A stretch of DNA of 64,000 bases from Ruditapes philippinarum. Taxonomy: Eukaryota. Both the position numbers and the translations under genes were made by a program. Of this stretch, positions 51,530 to 63,655 are shown piece by piece. The notes under the pieces were generated by a model that ran no database searches, was not told where the DNA came from, and saw only the letters and a list, made by a program, of their open reading frames with translations. The number at the start of each line of letters is the position of its first letter. The first letter of the stretch is position 1. The stretch spans positions 248,001-312,000 of the forward strand of contig NW_026859995.1 in assembly GCF_026571515.1 (NCBI RefSeq). The letters run 5' to 3'.

Positions 51530-53220
51530 TATTTAATATTTTAAATTATAGTAGTGAAATATTAGGTTTAACTAATGATATATCAATAGAAAGAGTTAAT
51601 TTGCAATTCTGTAAAAGTATTCTTGGTGTGAAAAAAAAACAGCCCAAAATGATTTCGTTTATGGAGAACTGGGTAGAACCTCTTTACAAGTTATTCATCA
51701 TATGAACATTGTTAAATACTGGGTAAAGATATTAAGAACACGCGAAAATAAGTATATTTATTTGATCTATAACATGTTAAAATAAGATTTTGAACGAGAT
51801 GAGCGTAAGGTAAACTGGTGTTCAATGGTTAAAAATTTATTATGTTCTCTTGGTTTTTATGATGCTTGGTTAGAGCAAAATGTTGGTGATGTTGAATTAT
51901 TTTTATCTTCAGTTAAAGTGACATTATGCTCATATTTTCATAGTCAAATTGAGCTGAATTGCCTTTTCATTTCAAACGATTGACTGTTTAAATGGTGTTG
52001 ACCAACAGTTTATTTTGAAAAATGTTCTAGATAAAATTTGAAATCTGCCTAAAATATAAAAGGACTGCACCACTCTTTTTATAAACGAAACGTTTCAGGT
52101 AAGTTCTAATTGATATTTACATAAATTCCGTTTCGATCCGGGGGTTATTTATTGTTTTTATGAAGTTAATTATTAAATTAAAATAATTTATGGCTTTATA
52201 AAAACTTATTTTTACTTCCACCTGTTCACTCAGTGTATACCCTTAAATGAGCATAATGTCACTTTAAACAAAGATTAACAGATCAATTTATTCAAAACTG
52301 GCATAGTAGACTAAATGATTCAAGCAGAGCATTATTTTACAGAAACATAGCATCTTTCCAAATTCAGCCATATCTTCGAATGTTTTTCAATTAATAAATT
52401 TTGCCAAGCATTATCTAGATTGCGTGTTTCATCACACAGGTTACAAATTGAGTCAGGTAGATGGGCACGTCCAGTAAGAATTGAAATAAATGAAAGGAAA
52501 TGTAACTTATGTGGTTTATTGGAGGATGAATTTCATTTTGTAATTGAATGCTATCTTTACAATGATTTCAGGAAAAAGTATATACCAAGATACTATTGGA
52601 ATAGACCGAATTATGTTTAAGTTTTTAGAATTAATTAAATCTGATAACAAAACTGTAATTAGAAATTTGGGAATATATGTATACAACGCTTTTGCTATTA
52701 GAAATAACGTTATGTACGGGCAATGATACAAGTAAAATAATGTATATATCTCAGCATTTTTCTTCTTCTCTTCTTTTGGTTGCTACAGCACAGTGGAAAT
52801 ATTACTCCTTTCAAGATATAAAATTCAATACTAAAAGTTTCAAAGAGAAAAGAATAAAATTAATGATATCTGAATCAATCTACAATTATTTTGATGATGA
52901 TGTTTCACGAATAGCCAATGAGTTGACCTTTTTCTCTTTTGTTTTCGATTTCGATAAAGGTTGACTAAAAATTGGAGTACTATTCCCATGATTGCTTATA
53001 TATTATAATGTATTGTATTGAATAATTGTTTCTCCTCTATTGGAGAAGTTTTTTAAGGTTGAGTTTCAACCTTCTCGTATATTTCAAAAATTTGAAAAAG
53101 AGATGTATTATTATCATTATCATGCATTACTCTGACATGTCATATATAGTATGTTTGTAATATGTTGTCCTATTGGGCTTATTAGCCTATTGGAAATGAA
53201 ATAAATAAATTCAATTATAT
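51530..53220 (+). mobile_element. Degraded 3' part of a second RTEX-like LINE
   Basis: Fragments LNYSSEI..FCKSILGVK, YGELGR and RVSSHRLQIESGRW..C..C...EDEFHF..EC. Putative 3' end with AATAAA near 53200. An upstream fragment LEMVNEYNYLGVI lies at ~50100-50138. Confidence 0.8.
51917..52263. mobile_element. Kolobok-like MITE nested in the LINE fragment
   Basis: TTAA TSD and perfect 17-bp TIR AGTGACATTATGCTCAT. Removing it restores the LINE frame SSVKQRLTDQF. Confidence 0.88.
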
Positions 53221-53493
53221 TTTTAAAGAATTCATGCCTGATTATTTAAAGTCATCTTATCTATATTTCCAGACAATTCTGTGAAAAACATTCCAATGCT
53301 AGTAACCGCTTTCTAAATATATACTTGTATGCAACGTAAAAAAGCTAGCGTTTTATAACTTTTTGACTTTCCCTCGCGTGTTACAAAATGTTTTAATATG
53401 CAATAATAATTTTTACATGCATTGGCATGTTATGAAAGTGAAAAATGTTATAAATCTCTGAAAGGGGGCATTCAGTTTCAAATTCAGTAAAAG

Positions 53494-53520
53494 ATGGAAT
53501 TTACAGAAAGTAAACGAAAG
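53494..53520 (+). CDS. EGF-repeat gene B, coding exon 1 (MEFTESKRK)
   Basis: cagtaaaag-ATG...CGA AAG followed by donor gtaacg. Paralog of 6104-6130. Confidence 0.8.
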
Positions 53521-53793
53521 GTAACGATAAACATGCTTATTGTTTATTCATAACTATAGACAAATGAAGATATTGCGCGTTATTTTCGATTTCACTTTAT
53601 CGAAAATAGCTTATAAATAAGGTAGTAGAGTGTGCATATTCAATAGTATGAAAGGTAAATATTGAATTGTTATTATAACTTTTTTTAATGTACAAATGTT
53701 AAACACCAAACTTGAATGTAAATCGAATACTCTGTATTCTATTTGATATTGTACTGTTTCCGTTCCTTAATTCAGGTTTTGTTTTTGTTTTAG

Positions 53794-53923
53794 GATCGAG
53801 CTCGATGTCAACATTATTGTTTGTCTATGAATTTAGTCTCGGTTTATTTCTTAATGTCAGCTGTTTTGCGTAACGTTAGTTGTTCTGAAGTGACATCTAT
53901 TTCTAAACAAACCAACAAAAACG
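53794..53923 (+). CDS. EGF-repeat gene B, exon 2 (DRARCQHYCLSMNLVSVYFLMSAVLRNVSCSEVTSISKQTNKN)
   Basis: Acceptor ttttgttttag, donor gtaaga, 130 nt, open frame, homologous to gene A exon 2. Confidence 0.85.
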
Positions 53924-54289
53924 GTAAGATGAAGTTTGGTCGTTTTTTGTTGTTTTTCCTTTCTTAATTTTGTTGTTGTTGTTGATATTGTTGTTCTTTA
54001 TTGTTGTTTTTCTTCTTCTTTTAAAATACAAAATAGAATGGATAGAAAACTGTTTTTGTTTGAAAGTGTAATGGCTGACAGTATTTTTCTTGCAATGATA
54101 CTTTCATTGTAACAAACCTATGTGTTATTTATATACTTTTCACAGTACATGTATAATTCATAGAAATTTATTTGGTTAAACATTTAAACATTACAATCTA
54201 TATCAATGATTAATATTTACAACACTGTATTTAAATTAGAGCATTATAAATGAGACTGAATTAAAAACATACATAAACAGACATGAATA

Positions 54290-54720
54290 TCAATGACACT
54301 GTATCATAATATCGTAGTCATCATTTATGGCATTGTATAAAATTTACATAATGATTTATGACACTGTATTATATTGCAATCATAATTTATAGGACTTAGG
54401 ATAACATAGCCCGTACATTATATATGGCACTGTGTTTTAATAACATCATTTATGACACTGTATTGTGCAATAATCATCATTTATAACAATTTATGACACT
54501 GCATTATACTATAATCATCATCTATGACACTGTTTGATATTATCATTATATATGGCCCTGTATTATTTTGTCCTTGGAATTACAGTGTTATATTTACATT
54601 GTCATTGATATTACAATGTTATATTCACATTGTCATTGGTATTACAGTGCTATATTTTCATGTTATTGATAAAACAGTGTTATAGTGGCATTGCTATTGA
54701 CATTACAGTGTTATATTCGC
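54290..54720. repeat. Degenerate minisatellites in gene B intron 2
   Basis: 54290-54565 holds catttatgacactgtatt units (reverse complement of the gene A minisatellite). 54578-54720 holds about five copies of a ~31-bp ttacagtgttatatttacattgtcattgata unit. Confidence 0.75.
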
Positions 54721-55508
54721 TTGTTCGATCTCCTGCGAAATTTCTCCGTTACACTTAATCACGAACATTGGGTCTAATGGTAAATTTTGTCTCTCACGAC
54801 TGATTTAGAAATAATGTGGGGTTAAGGTCAGTGTCTTGTAGAGTAATTGATAATTAGTGGTTAGTTATCCAGAAAGGCCGGTTAAGTGAGTCAACTGTCG
54901 GTTGACATATTATGAAAATGTGATAAGTCGACAAAAGAAAAAGAAACAGATAAAAATAAAACAAATTAATTAACACAATATTAATTTATTTGCTGCTGTT
55001 TTCTTTTTCTCTCACTCCAATGCGCACGCATATCCAGACACACACGACACACATAATTGATTCCAATCCTTCTAGTACAATCGATATGAACCTGAAAAGC
55101 TCATTATACGTTTATATAACCATATTTGTCAAACAAATACACAGAGAATACGTGTAATCGATATATAAAATCTCTAACTTGTCGTATATAATCAAAAATG
55201 CTAATTTAAATTTGCCGTAGCTTTCGGCCTTGCGGCCTTCTTTAATATATAATTATATATTCTGATAACATAAGCATACTTAAAATAATATAATGTCACT
55301 GGGTACAACAGGTATTTATTATTTACTCAATTTCATAATCATTGAATAGCCGTGCTATTTTTAATCATGACTATACAATGTTTTGGTAAGGGCAAACTGA
55401 ATCGAAGTTTATCATGTCAGACACTATATCGAATTTTATCATGTCGATAAACCTCCTGATAAACTTAATTTGTAAGTCACTCTAAGTATATCAAACACGT
55501 GACATATA

Positions 55509-56878
55509 CAGTAGGGTGAACGTTTCGGTTGTCAAAAATAGTGTTTTTCGTGCGTCCGTTTTTCGTGTAACGTGCCTGCGTATATCGTGCAACGTGCGTT
55601 TGATGAACTAGTTTATTAGCTTTTAACGTTTATCGTTTTCCGTGTATCGTTTTACGTTTATCGTGCGTTTGAGAGCGTGCGTTTGCTATCGTTTAGCGTG
55701 CGTATGCGCCCGTTTATCGTTTGGTCCAGAACGTTTTAATAACGTGCGTCTGCGTCTGTTATTAGTTTAAAACATATAGTCTAAGCGAAATGATGGTAAA
55801 CTTTATATGATATTATTTTACAGTTCCTTTATTTTTTAAGTAAACTCTTTTCTATAAATAACAAAAATTTAGTGTTGTTAACTCTAACATTCCATTTAGT
55901 TTGTGACCCTATGATGAAGTATCATGAACACCGGACATCGACACGCGTTATTCACATCGGAGATTAGGAATTTAATTATATTTTACAGACGCCAAGGATT
56001 TAATTACTCTTCCATTGCAAAGTTGCTGTTACTTAAACATTCTGTGTAAAGAAAGCAGACAGGGTGTAAGAAATTTTTTGCAGAACTATCAACAAACGGG
56101 GAACATAAATGTACTTAAAAGGTACGGTATGATTGTTTTCTTTTGTTTTGAAAAGTTATAGGCAACTTCATATGACTGTACAGTACAGTACAATCTACTG
56201 TACTTGTTGTTTAGTAAATTTAGCTTAAAATCATTACAAAAGATTTCGTTTGTTTTAAAAAGTTATAGGCAACTTCATATGATTGTAAAGTAAAGTACAG
56301 TCTACTACACTTGTTTTTTTTTCTTTTTTTAGTTAATTTAGCTTGAGAACATTACAAAAGATTATGTCAATTAGCGCATTATACACAGATAAAGACTCCA
56401 TAATATCCCACCGACATTGTTTTCAGAGACACCTTTCTTATTTGTGAAGGGTAAATAACGGCCGGTTTTATTGTTATTGTAAATGCGTGGAATGCAAAGG
56501 ACCAATCAAATCTTTTACATAAAGATCAATTGTTATATCAATAAAAATAATAGAAAAAATATAAATGTTTGCTGTCTTACAATCAAGCCTATTTTAATTT
56601 ACTAACTTTATTGTTATTATATATGAATATAATAGGCAAAATATTGCTGTTGAACGTATTGAAACGTCTGGACGAAACGTTTTATAATTTTGCGTGCGTT
56701 TCAAAGCGTTTCGAGAAAGCGTAAATAGTTTAGCGTATATCGTTTATCGTTTCGCGCGCGTTTGCGTATTTCGTTTGGTATAGCGTGCGTTCAACGTGCG
56801 TTCGTTTAGCGTGCAAATTGCGTGCGTTTTTCCCGAGCGTTCGTTTTGCGTGTGTTAACTAAAACTTTCACCCTACTG
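55509..56878. mobile_element. Non-autonomous TIR element in gene B intron 2
   Basis: TA-CAGTAGGGTGAA ... TTCACCCTACTG-TA. CpG-rich cgttt/cgtgcg subterminal arrays and an internal ~110-bp tandem duplication near 56140-56360. Confidence 0.8.
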
Positions 56879-57498
56879 TAAACATTATGACATTAACGTG
56901 TAGTTACATAATATTTAAATACATGTATATTAACATACTTAATATGCATGTGTAAGTAAACAAAAGGGCTACCAATCTATTTCTACATCATTGCAGGTCA
57001 TACCCTCTTTATTCAAAGAAGGCAAATAACCTTTAAGATATAAAGAGGATATCATATGAGTGTAAAGTCAATGCTGGATTAATTGATCTTAATTAATTAA
57101 TTATTATTATTGATATTAATTTATTTATTAATTAATTAATTAATTAATTAAGTTGAATAAAATTATATTATAAAAAAATATTATTTTATTAAACGAGTTC
57201 AATAAATTTAGCAATGAAGTGAAACAAATACAATATTCTTAGACTTTTCATCACATACTAACAATAGGAACTGTATAAGGTAAAAAGAATCGCATTTTTA
57301 TTGACTCGTGTATAGTGTAACGCAAACATATAACCCAAATGACGTCAAAAATATGCACGGCCGTGTAATATCGCGAAGAATCACAAAAACAACAAGGATA
57401 TGTGATTGCCATAAAATGTTTTGGTTGTGTTTAAATAATGAGGTGCGAAAGCAGACACAAACGTGTAATGATTTGAAAACTAGTTTACACTTACTGTT

Positions 57499-60400
57499 AT
57501 TGCTCACGTGATATTGTACACGGAGAACGTGGTTTAGAACGGTCCGATAAAATGTCAATTTTTACAACATTTCTAAAGGATTTAGTTAACAATATGTGGA
57601 TATAAAGTAATTTCAGTATATGTGTTCTAATGTCCGATAAGAAAAAAAGTGAAAAAAGTGAACTTTTGTCTGAAAATTCAAAAAATAAACGTGAAGCCAC
57701 GTCACCTTTGTTAGAGGCCAATGACCCGGATTGCACGGACTACTCGTATGGTGATTTACACAAGTGTAGTGAGAAGTGTAGTGATAACAAAACGCAACGG
57801 ACAAATAAATATAGGAATAAAAAAAGCAAACACACTAGTGATAATACACAAACTGTAAGTAGTCACTTTATAGATTGGCCTATGGCTTTTTCCGGCGCTG
57901 CATTCGGAATGATTCAGCCGTCATATGCTACGAGCCCGCCGCCAGCTATGGGGTTCGGGTTCCCAACGCCAGGCGCTGGATTCCCTTCAAATCCACCACA
58001 ATGGGCGACTGAACTCATAAATGACGTAAAAATGATAAAGGAAAAACTTCATTCTATCGATAAAATTGAGAAGTCAATTTCATCCATTAATATAAAAATG
58101 ACAGACATAGAATCAAAAATGAAATCATTCGGTACTAGGATCACTGACACTGAAAAATGCTGTGAATACTTGTCTAAGGACAATGATTCGATACACACGA
58201 AGTGACCTGAAAAATATAAAAAAGGATTTTAACTTTGTATAATCACTATCCACTCAGATATGCGGGGTGCAAGAGAAACTTGAACAACAGGTTATAAATC
58301 TAGAAATGCAGTCACTGCAGAATAACCTTTTATTTTATGGATTTCCCGAGGAACTAGACGAGAACTGCGGAAACCTAATAAAAGAGCTATGTAGAGATAC
58401 GTTGAAATTGTCTGACGCTGAAACATTTGGGTTTGAGAAACCCCCCTATCGTCTTGGAAAACGTTCGCCTGGAAAAACACGTCCAATTTTAGCACGTTTT
58501 ATACAAAATCATCAGCGAGAACGTGTAAGGTCCGCGTCTTTCGATCAAGCAGACGACTTGAGGGATGTAGCACGTGGGATCGGGATTCAACTACCTAGGG
58601 GCAGTGCGTGATGCTAGAAGACCGCTGTATCCGAAAAATGGAAGAGGCGAAAAAGGCCGGTAAAATTTGTAAAATTCATCGGAACAAAATTATTCATTAA
58701 TAGTGTAGAATACAAACCGAGTAGTGATTACTAGAGATGTCATGAAGAGTTATCCTTAAATGTACTGTGTTGGAATGTCAACGGACTAATAAGACATATT
58801 ACTGATAATGATTTTATTTCGTTTATATCTAGTTATGATTTAGTGTTTCTAAATTAGACTTGGATTTCGAAAACTGACTTATATAGATATGATATTTCTG
58901 GATTTACTTGCATTCAACTTAGTGGAAATAAGGTAAAGAACAGTAGTAGAGGTAGATACAGTGGCGGTATTTCTTTATACTTTAATAATGATATTAAAAG
59001 ATATATATAACTGTAGCAGAAATGAACCAATATGGATATATGTGGATTAAATTAAGTCAAGAACTATTTTCATTTAATGAAGATGTATTTATATGTCACT
59101 TGTATATACCTCCCGTAAATTCTAAGGTAATTAAACTGGAGGAATTTGATTTTTTTGAAAATTTAGAAAATGATATTTTGAAATATAACGAATTAGGCAA
59201 AATATACGTAACTGGCGATTTTAATAGTCGTACCGCCGATTTGCCTGACTATTTTTTATTTGATAAATACTTAGACGAAAACTACCCTTTTGTTAACCGA
59301 ATAAACATACCCGAACGAGTTAACAGAGACCACGTGATTGATACGCACGGGCGTCGTCTGCTGGATTTGTGTATATCAACCGGTTTGTCGATAGCAAACG
59401 GTAGGGTGTCACATGACCGCGATACGGGCGATTACACTTACTGTTCACATCAAGGGCAAAGTACTGTAGACTACTTACTATTAAACCGGCATGATTTCGA
59501 CTCATTATTGAGTTTCGAAATTCTCGATTTCAACTCATTTTCGGACCACGCGCCTTTAACGTTTAGTTTGCCTAGAAAGAATTTAAACAAAAACTATCAG
59601 TCAGTACCTTCCGTTAATAATACATCTATACAAAGAATTGTATGGGATCAAAATAAAGTCAGTCTTTTTACAGAAAATATAAATAATAAAAGAAATACGT
59701 TTTTGCAATTATCAAACGCTTTAAATATGGAACCAATAGATGTTGTTGTTGAAAACTTTTCATCGGAACTTTTAAAATCTGCTTCTGATGTATTCAGACA
59801 ACAAACAATCGTAGAAAAAATTAATACTCGCCAAAACAAAAATAAATGGTTTGACTATGCTTGTTTACGCGAAAAAAAAAGCAGTTCAATAGCGTCCGAA
59901 CTAATTTCTTGCGTAACAGAGATAATGATGATATCAGACGGAACTTTGTGCACGCGCGAACAAAATATAATAAAGTTAAAAAAATCGCGAAACGGAAATT
60001 CAAAATTAACGAGGGCAAAAGACTAAAAGATCTAGCAAAGAAAAATCCTAGAAATTTCTGGATAACCCTGAAAAAAATAAATAAGAATGTCATAGACAAC
60101 CCAGAATCTCTTAATATTAATGACCTACGTGATCATTTTAAAACACTTTTTGGGGAAACCAGCTCAAACGATATGAGTGGTAATGTCTTCGTCGGTTCCG
60201 AAATTCCGGAAATTGATATAAATTTTACAGAAACAGAGTTACGAACTGCCAATTTTTTTCGCAGAAAAATAAAAATCGCCAGGCAGTGATCAGATTACTA
60301 GCGAAATGCTAAAAACCTCATAAGATATTATTTCCCCCTTTTTTATTAAACCTGTATAACAAATTATTTAATACAGGGGAATATCCAGTAAGTTGGGGTG

Positions 60401-62553
60401 AAGGAATAATCGCCCCCATATTTGATAAAAGGAGATGTAAATAAGGCTGAGAATTATCGTGGCATTACTCTTATTAATACATTAGCAAAAAAACCTATTC
60501 ACAATTACTTTTGAATAGGTTAACTTCTGGTCAAACAAATATGAGAAAATTTCCAAAAACCAATTTGGCTTTCAAAAGGGTAGATCGATAACTGATTGTA
60601 TATTTATTCTCCATTCTATTATTCTTAAGGTACTTAATTCTAGGAAAAAGCTATATTGCGCCTTTATAGATTACCAACAATGCTTTGATAAAATTGATAG
60701 ATATTTTTTATATGAAAAACTTGCTGCTGCAAATCTCAGTTCCAAATTTGTTTCGAGCTATCAAAATCGATGTATACTGTAGTAAAATCTTGTGTAAAGT
60801 TTAAAAATACATATTCCGATTTCTTCAATTGTGATATCGGTCTCAAGCAGGGAGACCCGAGCTCGCCTCTGCTGTTTCATGCTCTTCGTTAGTGATATAA
60901 TACAAAACATAAACACTGACATAGATGATATATTTAGTCTAAATGAACAAAAATTATTTCTCATTCTATATGCAGATGATCAAGTGCTGTTTGCAATGTC
61001 CCCTGAAAAGTTTTACAGTCAATGTTAAATGACGTCGTTGTTTATTGTAATACTTGGGGTTTGAAGATAAATACGTCAAAAACCAGGGTCATGATCTTTG
61101 AAAAGGGAAGAACCACAATTTTTCTTTTTATATTAATGACACACAACTTGAAATAGTAGACTCTTTTAAGTACTTAGGAATTACTCTTTTTAAAAAATGG
61201 GCAATTGGTCGAGGACACAAAAATGTATTGCTCAGCACGCATCGTTTGCATTATTTAATTTGTTTCGTTTGTTTAACAACGCAGAATTTACTTTTTCAAA
61301 GAAATTTTACTTATTTGACACGTTGGTTGGTTCAGTTCTTAACTTTGGATCTGAGATTTGGGGGCACCATAAGGCCAGGGAGATAGAAGTTCTACACACG
61401 AAATTTTTACGACGAATACTTTGCGATAAACCGATCAACCAACCTATCGGCACTATATGGTGAAACTGGGCGTTTTTTCCCTTGAAATTATGCGAAAGAT
61501 TTACTATGTTAAAATACTGGATGAAAATATTATCGCAAAAACTCAAATTCACTGATTTTACAGACATTTCTAATGCTAAAAAAATGAAACACTGATTTTA
61601 ATAGACATTACGCACGAACAAACTGGGCGTACAAATCAAGACTATACTAGATAGCCATGGTTTTAGTTATATTTGGATCACCAATTTAAAAATCGACATT
61701 CCTTTCGATGAAATTAAGAAAAGAATTTATGATTCGTACATGCAAACATAGTATGGGGAAATTAATAATTCAAATCGACTTAATTCATACGCGATATATA
61801 AACATGAATTCGAGCTTGAGAAATACCTTAATACATCATTACGAAAATAAATACCCGAATAGCATTAACTAGATTTAGAACTTCGTCACATAGCTTAAAT
61901 ATTGAAACCGGAAGATATAATAACATCCAAAGAGAAGATAAATTATGTAGGTTATGTAATATGAATCAAATCGAATCGGAATACCATTTTCTTCTAGTTT
62001 GCCTTTTTATCGTGATTTAAGAAAAAAATATTTTCAGCCTTACTTCTGTCACTGGCCAAATATCAAGAAACTTGAGTTACTATTATCATCACGTTCGAAT
62101 AAAACTATTTATAATGTAACTAAATTTTATATACTATGCGAATCAAAGTCGCGACGCGTAAATAAAGTTCATACAGCATGTTCAATCTATAATTAGTTTA
62201 ACTCACGATTTTTTCCCGTATTTAGTTGGTTTACTACTAGATAGAAGTATTTTAAGTATTTACACGCGCACGAGAATCTCATTTTAACGCGCGGGAGGTA
62301 TAAACAGAAACCTTGTGTAGCTGATTCAATTTATATTTAAATGACCAGTCTTTTTTTCTTGTAGTTTATATTTAAATGATCAGTCTTTCTTCTTGTATCA
62401 AAAGTAAAATATTATCAATTAAGTATTAATCATAATTGAATATCATGTACTTCTGTAAACCATGTTCTCTTTGTATATAATTATACTCTGTATGCTAAAA
62501 ACATTGTAAAATGTTTAATGTTGAATAAACTATTATTGTATATTGTATTGTAT
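57499..62553 (+). mobile_element. Full-length non-LTR retrotransposon, probably RTEX clade, frameshifted
   Basis: ORF1 spans 57630-58734 (coiled-coil-like region, NNLLFYGFPE, KLFIN). ORF2 has APE endonuclease motifs (WNVNGL, TGDFNS, STVDY, SDH), RT motifs (GLKQGDP, LYADD) and a C-terminal ETGRY..C..C..E.EYHF..C motif. AATAAA at 62525, (ATTGT)n tail, TSD acttactRtt at 57489-57498 and 62554-62563. Confidence 0.9.
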
Positions 62554-62580
62554 ACTTACTATTGATTTTTTATCATTTAG

Positions 62581-62694
62581 ATGTGGTAAGTTGCTCGCCA
62601 AACCCTTGCGAAAACGGGGGTTCGTGTGTTCAAGACGTCAATAAGGTCATGTGTAACTGCGGAGAGGGTTTTACCGGGTATTTGTGTGAAATAG
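62581..62694 (+). CDS. EGF-repeat gene B, exon 3 (EGF DVVSCSPNPCENGGSCVQDVNKVMCNCGEGFTGYLCEI)
   Basis: Acceptor catttag, donor gtataa, 114 nt, phase 1-1, six cysteines. Not in the supplied ORF track. Confidence 0.9.
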
Positions 62695-63243
62695 GTATAA
62701 GCTTATGATTCTATTTTGTTTTAATTACAACATTGATCATATTGCAATACTTATATAAGTTTTGAAGCATTTTGTAAGCTATTCCCTTTTACATATTGAC
62801 GTGTACGTGTAATGTGTATATCTATTTAATCATATGATTATCTCCCTTTATAAATAATCAAAAGAAAATATAATGTTTCAGAATATTTACTTGTTGTAAA
62901 TATTGTTGAAATGTGATTAGATTCATTTATTGTTTGATATAGATACTGTACAGGGTAACCTTTAATGAATATGTGTGTTCATCAAGTCCGTTTTACAGTT
63001 GATTAGTTAAAATGTGCTTCAGTATCTCTCTTTAGTTATTGATTAATTTGAATGCTTATTTCTGCAAATAAAGTATCTTTTGATAAGGAAGAATGTGAAA
63101 TAGTTATCTCCCTTTGATTTTTGATCTCCTTTTTATAATTGAAGGATATTGATATAATACATGTGTCTAAATCTTTCGGTATTATTTCCGTTTCTTTATC
63201 GACGAATCTACATCGAATGCTATTCCCGGGTATCCCCTTTCAG

Positions 63244-63357
63244 ATATTGACGAGTGCAAGTCGAACCAATGTCCTAAGAAAGCAAGATGTGTGGACGGAA
63301 GCAACTATTACGCGTGCGTCTGTAAAAAGGGATACAATGGTGAAAATTGTGAAAACG
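63244..63357 (+). CDS. EGF-repeat gene B, exon 4 (Ca-binding EGF DIDECKSNQCPKKARCVDGSNYYACVCKKGYNGENCEN)
   Basis: Acceptor ccctttcag, donor gtatct, 114 nt, close paralog of gene A exon 4. The gene presumably continues right of the window. Confidence 0.92.
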
Positions 63358-63542
63358 GTATCTAAGAATTACTTATGGCCGATATTATATAGATATATCC
63401 GAATTATGTTATTCTTTTATCAAACTTTTAGCATGGTGACGGCCGCATATTCTGTCAAGCGTAGATAAGCCTTCTCGTCCATGCCTTCTGATCAGGGTGT
63501 GCTCTGTTTGTTCAATCAGTGCTTGTTTTACATTTCCTTTAA

Positions 63543-63655
63543 CCCATTACTTTATGAGCAATTCGTGAAAAATGGCTGTTTTCATTGAAAAGTCTCCCGT
63601 TACAAGTTCAAATTGCTATAAAAATATAAAAATATAATGTAAAAAATGTAATGGG
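63543..63655. mobile_element. 113-bp piggyBac-like MITE
   Basis: TTAA-CCCATTAC ... GTAATGGG-TTAA. The internal aaaaatggctgttttcattgaaa is shared with longer elements at ~19240, ~31840 and ~41307. Confidence 0.8.
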
